Shown: positions 16,481-20,549 of the stretch, in pieces
Numbering within the stretch: position 1 is the first letter of the stretch
How the letters are laid out: every line of letters starts with the position of its first letter
Source of the DNA: Candidatus Heimdallarchaeota archaeon
GTDB taxonomy: Archaea; Asgardarchaeota; Heimdallarchaeia; Heimdallarchaeales; Heimdallarchaeaceae
DNA: 20,549 bases
Direction: 5' to 3'
Assembly (NCBI GenBank): GCA_021399395.1
Contig: JAAFKJ010000034.1
Coordinates: 1-20,549 of the forward strand
The notes under the pieces: model-generated
Seen by the model: the letters and a program-made list of their open reading frames with translations, nothing else
Told to the model about the DNA's origin: nothing
Databases searched by the model: none
Program-made: the position numbers and the translations under genes

Positions 16481-17380
16481 TTAATTCATAACTCTCTTTA
16501 TAAAAATCCCGATTTTTTCTAATGCTTTCTTGCTTTCAGGTAAAAGAATACCAAAGATCTGGAAAGCATGAAACATACCAGGCCATAAATCTAATTCGAC
16601 ATCAACTCCACTCTTCTCAGCTTTTTCAGCAAAACGAGTTGAGTCATCTAGTAGAACTTCTGCAGTTCCTGTTTGGATGAGAAGTGGAGGTAATCCTTCA
16701 AGATTGGCGTAAAGAGGTGATGCTAGAGGATCTTTTCTATCAACATCTTTCAGATAATATTCAGCTGCTTGATGGGCTTCATTTTCTGTAATCATAATAT
16801 CTTCTGTGGCTTTGGTTTTAACAGATTCGCCAGTTACGGCTAAATCAGTCCAAGGAGAAAGACACACACCTCCCGCAGGTAGAGTTTTCTTTTCATCCCG
16901 TAGTTTAATAAGAGTAGCTAGTGCTAATCCACCACCCGCAGAATCACCAGCAATAACTATTTTGTCTGGTTTTATTTTTTTGTTTTCTAAAATCCATGTA
17001 TAAGCAGACACTGAATCTTCTATAGCAGCTGGAAAAGCGTTTTCTGGAGCAAGACTGTAGTCAATCATTAATACTGGAGAATTTGCAGCTTTACCTATTC
17101 TAGCAGCAAGACTTCGGTGTGAATCAAGAGAACCTGAAACGTAATATCCTCCATGGAGATATAGAACAACTCTATCTTCAGATTGATCTTTTCGACTTAA
17201 CCATTCTGCTGACATTCCGTTTATTTCTAATTCTTCAATCATTGTTTTTCGAGGTGTTGAAAACAAAAAAACGTCCCCTTCAAGTTTTTTGCGTTTCGCT
17301 TCAACATCCATTTTGCCTTCATTTTTCATGGACATTGATTTCATTGTTCTCACGAAAAATTTAGTTCTAAGGCTTACCAT
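16481..17380 (-). CDS. Alpha/beta hydrolase, HSL (family IV) esterase/lipase
   Basis: LYLHGGY, DYSLAPE, GDSAGG, SPWTDL, SPL, EVLLDD and MFH. ATG 17380 is preferred over TTG 17389. Confidence 0.93.
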   Translation of the reverse strand: MVSLRTKFFVRTMKSMSMKNEGKMDVEAKRKKLEGDVFLFSTPRKTMIEELEINGMSAEWLSRKDQSEDRVVLYLHGGYYVSGSLDSHRSLAARIGKAANSPVLMIDYSLAPENAFPAAIEDSVSAYTWILENKKIKPDKIVIAGDSAGGGLALATLIKLRDEKKTLPAGGVCLSPWTDLAVTGESVKTKATEDIMITENEAHQAAEYYLKDVDRKDPLASPLYANLEGLPPLLIQTGTAEVLLDDSTRFAEKAEKSGVDVELDLWPGMFHAFQIFGILLPESKKALEKIGIFIKRVMN

Positions 17381-17432
17381 ATACGCCAAAGTAATCCACT
17401 AATAAATAAAGAATTAGGAATGGAAAAGGGAG

Positions 17433-19166
17433 TTATCTTAAGAGGTCAAAATATTTGGTAAATTTTAGAACATATCCTAATCCACCTATTTTTAGTTTTC
17501 CAGCTAAAATTGCTTTTACTGGACTTACCTTTCCTAAGCCAAGACCCATAAAAGTTGGTAGTGTTGTTATGATGTAACCATTTGTATTTTTCTTTGCTGT
17601 TTTAATCTCTTCTCGAAGATTATCTATCTGTTTAAATTCAATTTTACCATTCTGTATCTTAACTACTATGGCTTTAGAATCTTCTTTTGCAGAAATAAGA
17701 AGTGAATAAGCATGTTCTTTGTAATCTTTTTTGAATTGTGGATTGACATTAAGACCTTTTAACATTGCAAAAATGATTGAAGCAAATCCTTCATACGGTT
17801 CAACTTGTCTGTATAGAGGTAAAACCATTTCCATTGCTTTTCTATACCGTTCCACAATCTCATCAATTATCTTCTCATCCATAGGTGTAGATAAAATAAA
17901 AGCAGTTACACCTCTAGAAACAGCATAGATACCATTAATGTTAAGAGCTAGAGTTAGATATTTTGATAATTCAAAAGTAGGTATTAGGTTGAAAACAGTT
18001 TGACGACCATCTACAGCTGGTTCTTCAAACAGATAAACGTATGCTATTGATTGAATACCACCAACTTGCCCTTTGATCTTTAAATCTTTGAGGACAGCTC
18101 TTAATCCTTCACGTAATCGAACACCCAGTTTAGAGAGACGCTCAACTTCAACTTCATCATATAGTTCCATTGCAACTTTGCCAGCAGCCATTGTCAGAGC
18201 ATTTCCGCTAAAAGTACCAGAATGAGTGACAAAGTCTTTTTTAGTGGGGTTGAACTGATCAATAATCTCGCGTTTTCCACCAAAGGCGCCGACTGGTAAA
18301 CCTCCTCCAATGGTCTTTCCTAAGGCAGTTAAATCAGGAATAACATTATGGTATTTTTGAGCTCCACCTGTGGATACTCTATAAGTGATTACTTCATCAA
18401 AAATCAATAGAATGTCATACTTTGTTGTTAATTTGCGCAATCCTTGAAGATACTCTTTTGTAGCTAAAACTCCTCCACCAGAGCCCATTACGGGTTCGAT
18501 AATTAGAGCAGCTATCTGTTTATGATGTTTTTTCATGATTTTCTCTGCAGCTTTCAAGTCATTGTATGGAACTATGAAAACATCGTTCAGAATAGTATCA
18601 GGTACTCCTTTCTCTGTAGTTGCGATAGGCACATATCCTGCAGTTAGATTAGGCGTAATGTTAACCTCAACATAATCATGAGACCCATGATATCCTCCTT
18701 CTGTTTTGATTATTTTGTCCTTGCCAGTATATCTACGAGCAGCACGAATTGCGAACATTGTAGCTTCAGTTCCAGAGTTACAGAATCTTAGCAATTCAAT
18801 TGAAGGAGTTCTTTCACAGAGTATTTTTGCCAACTCATATTGAAGCTGCATCGGTGATGCATGTGCTGTTCCCTCTTTAGCTTGACTTTGAATCGCTTTA
18901 ACAATTTCTGGATGAGCATGACCATGAATATTTACTGTCATACTGTTCAGAATATCTATGTATTTATTTCCATCTACATCATAGAGATAACACCCTTCAC
19001 CTTTGACTGCAAAAAAAGGATATGGATAATAATGTGCAACATTTCTAGTTCCTCCTCCAGGAAGCCATTTTTGAGCTTCTTCAAAATGTTTTTTTGAAGT
19101 AGGAGTCATAGATTCGTATTTCTCAACAATTTGCTGTTTTATAATTTCTATTTCTTCTGGCAACAT
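17433..19166 (-). CDS. Class III PLP aminotransferase (GSA aminomutase-like) fused to a C-terminal SCP2-like domain
   Basis: LPGGGTR, DVDGNKYID, FCNSGTEA, GGYHG, FDEVIT, LGKTIGGGLPVGA and HSGTFSGN. An extra 120 or so residues end in TTLPTFMGLGLGKVSPVKAILAGKLKIGG. Confidence 0.88.
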   Translation of the reverse strand: MLPEEIEIIKQQIVEKYESMTPTSKKHFEEAQKWLPGGGTRNVAHYYPYPFFAVKGEGCYLYDVDGNKYIDILNSMTVNIHGHAHPEIVKAIQSQAKEGTAHASPMQLQYELAKILCERTPSIELLRFCNSGTEATMFAIRAARRYTGKDKIIKTEGGYHGSHDYVEVNITPNLTAGYVPIATTEKGVPDTILNDVFIVPYNDLKAAEKIMKKHHKQIAALIIEPVMGSGGGVLATKEYLQGLRKLTTKYDILLIFDEVITYRVSTGGAQKYHNVIPDLTALGKTIGGGLPVGAFGGKREIIDQFNPTKKDFVTHSGTFSGNALTMAAGKVAMELYDEVEVERLSKLGVRLREGLRAVLKDLKIKGQVGGIQSIAYVYLFEEPAVDGRQTVFNLIPTFELSKYLTLALNINGIYAVSRGVTAFILSTPMDEKIIDEIVERYRKAMEMVLPLYRQVEPYEGFASIIFAMLKGLNVNPQFKKDYKEHAYSLLISAKEDSKAIVVKIQNGKIEFKQIDNLREEIKTAKKNTNGYIITTLPTFMGLGLGKVSPVKAILAGKLKIGGLGYVLKFTKYFDLLR

Positions 19167-19294
19167 CTATCAACACTTCTAGGATGCTTTGATTATTTTT
19201 TCTTCCTTAACAGTGCTATAAAAATATATGTTTCAGAAAAGAAACAAATTATTTCAAAGTAAACTTAAAAAGCTGTTAATAGCAGTTTTACAAG

Positions 19295-19508
19295 ATAACG
19301 ACGAGTACATCTGCAGTTATTACTGATTCTGTTGCAGATCTGAGCCAAGAACTTATAATTGCAATGGGAATGGACTGTAGAACCTTTTCTCTTGAGTCAG
19401 TTCTATGCTGCTTTTCTTACATTCGTGATAGTAGCTTTTGTTAATTTTATTTTGGTAAATTTAACCAGTAAAATAGGAATAGAGTATAACTTTTTTTTCT
19501 GTTTTTGA
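19295..19508 (+). pseudogene. Possible frameshifted remnant of a membrane protein C-terminus, or a 49-aa single-TM microprotein (TTG 19359..19508)
   Basis: One frame reads TTSTSAVITDSVADLSQELIIAMGM. A +1 shift continues TVEPFLLSQFYAAFLTFVIVAFVNFILV. The resemblance to MFS TM11-TM12 was judged by eye. Confidence 0.3.
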
Positions 19509-19557
19509 ATTAGTACAACGTCCAAAAATTAAAAAGATTATAATTAATGTTGAATTT

Positions 19558-20549
19558 ATGATAGACTTATCTGTTGACAATAAGCAATTGGAAGAATCAG
19601 CCAAAAGAGCTAAGGAAAGGAACATAATTATCCCCACTTTTGCTCAACAAAAAAATCCAAAATTAATATCACCACGAATTATAGAAGAATTAAAAGAAAT
19701 AGGTTTATGGGAAGTACACCCTAGAAATTTGTTTAGAATTACATGGAAAAACGAACCAATAATTAAAGGGGGAGGTTTTGACGGAGTAAACTACATTGAA
19801 CTTCCTCCAGAATTAACTGGAGTTGAAGCTCGAATTGTGGCTTTAGTAGGCAAATTCTTTCCAACAGGTGCACATAAAGTGGGGGCAACATTTGGTTGTC
19901 TTGTTCCACGATTAATTACTGGCCAATTTAATCCAGTAACACATAAAGCAGTGTGGCCAAGTACTGGAAATTATTGTAGAGGTGGAGCATATGATTCTAC
20001 TCTACTATCATGTGAATCCATAGCTATACTTCCAGAAGAAATGTCAGCAGAACGATTTGAATGGTTACAAAGTGTTGCTGGAGAAGTCATTAAAACCCCC
20101 GGGAGCGAGAGCAACGTTAAGGAAATCTTCGATAAGGTCTGGGAATTAAGAAAAACTCGTGAGAACATCTTTGTTTTCAATCAATTTGATGAATTTGGTA
20201 ATTATTTATGGCATTATGAGGTAACAGGAAATGCTATGAAAGAAGTACTAGAGAATGAACTAGACAGTAAAAAACCACATGGATTAGTATTGACAACAGG
20301 ATCTGCAGGAACCATAGGTTGTGGTGATTTTCTAAAAAACATCTATCCTGCGATGAAAATTGTTGCAGGCGAGGCTTTACAGTGTCCAACAATGTTACTC
20401 AATGGTTATGGAGCACATACAATAGAAGGTATAGGCGATAAACACATTCCATGGATTCATAATGTGAAGAATACTGATATGGTTATTGCAATTGATGATA
20501 CCGACACACAGCAGATTATGAGGTTATTTAACGAACCTGCGGGTCACAA
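19558..20549 (+). CDS. Fold-type II PLP-dependent enzyme (cysteine synthase / TrpB superfamily), truncated at the window end
   Basis: Not in the ORF track. Manual translation gives MIDLSVDNKQLEE...FPTGAHKVGA (PLP Lys)...WPSTGNYCRGG...NQF...TTGSAGT...IEGIGDKHIP, with no stop before 20549. TATA-like ATTATAAT at about 19537-19544. Confidence 0.88.
   Translation, partial: MIDLSVDNKQLEESAKRAKERNIIIPTFAQQKNPKLISPRIIEELKEIGLWEVHPRNLFRITWKNEPIIKGGGFDGVNYIELPPELTGVEARIVALVGKFFPTGAHKVGATFGCLVPRLITGQFNPVTHKAVWPSTGNYCRGGAYDSTLLSCESIAILPEEMSAERFEWLQSVAGEVIKTPGSESNVKEIFDKVWELRKTRENIFVFNQFDEFGNYLWHYEVTGNAMKEVLENELDSKKPHGLVLTTGSAGTIGCGDFLKNIYPAMKIVAGEALQCPTMLLNGYGAHTIEGIGDKHIPWIHNVKNTDMVIAIDDTDTQQIMRLFNEPAGH

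Noticed and set aside
17433-19166. Calling the aminotransferase hemL
   Set aside because: It lacks the PGGVNSP motif, has an extra domain, and has no tetrapyrrole genes nearby.
19228-19380. Short ORF with an in-frame TGA among cysteines (ICSYY*FCCR), a possible selenoprotein
   Set aside because: No recognisable redox motif, family or SECIS, and its 5' part overlaps the likely aminotransferase promoter.
1578-20180. Short antisense or alternate-frame ORFs in the track (for example 1578-1922, 3737-4096, 5581-5958, 14928-15293, 19971-20180)
   Set aside because: They overlap well-supported genes and look like shadow ORFs.
1-20549. tRNA, rRNA, CRISPR, transposase or defence genes
   Set aside because: No cloverleaf, spaced repeat array or matching protein motif was seen. 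tRNAscan-SE and Rfam were not run.

Overview
AT-rich, gene-dense archaeal chromosomal segment with 13 complete CDSs and one CDS truncated at the right edge. I see no tRNA, rRNA, CRISPR array or mobile element. Archaeal origin is supported by an archaeal-type LeuRS, GGTGA/GAGGT/GGAGG ribosome-binding sites and TATA boxes about 20-25 nt before some start codons. A longin-like domain suggests an Asgard archaeon (inference only). Content: Mrp/NBP35 Fe-S carrier ATPase, DAO-family FAD oxidoreductase, 7TM protein with a longin-like tail, leuS, stand-alone FakA-type DAK2 domain, bacterial-type thrS, an MFS permease with two extra helices, wHTH regulator with an S-layer-like domain, M20 hydrolase, TldD, DUF4037 nucleotidyltransferase-like protein, HSL-family esterase, class III aminotransferase with an SCP2-like tail, and a fold-type II PLP enzyme. 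The two best candidates for undescribed systems are (1) the 7TM-longin fusion, a possible receptor coupled to small GTPases, and (2) the aminotransferase-SCP2 fusion beside the esterase, a possible amino-lipid processing module. All family calls come from motif recognition by eye; no searches were run.
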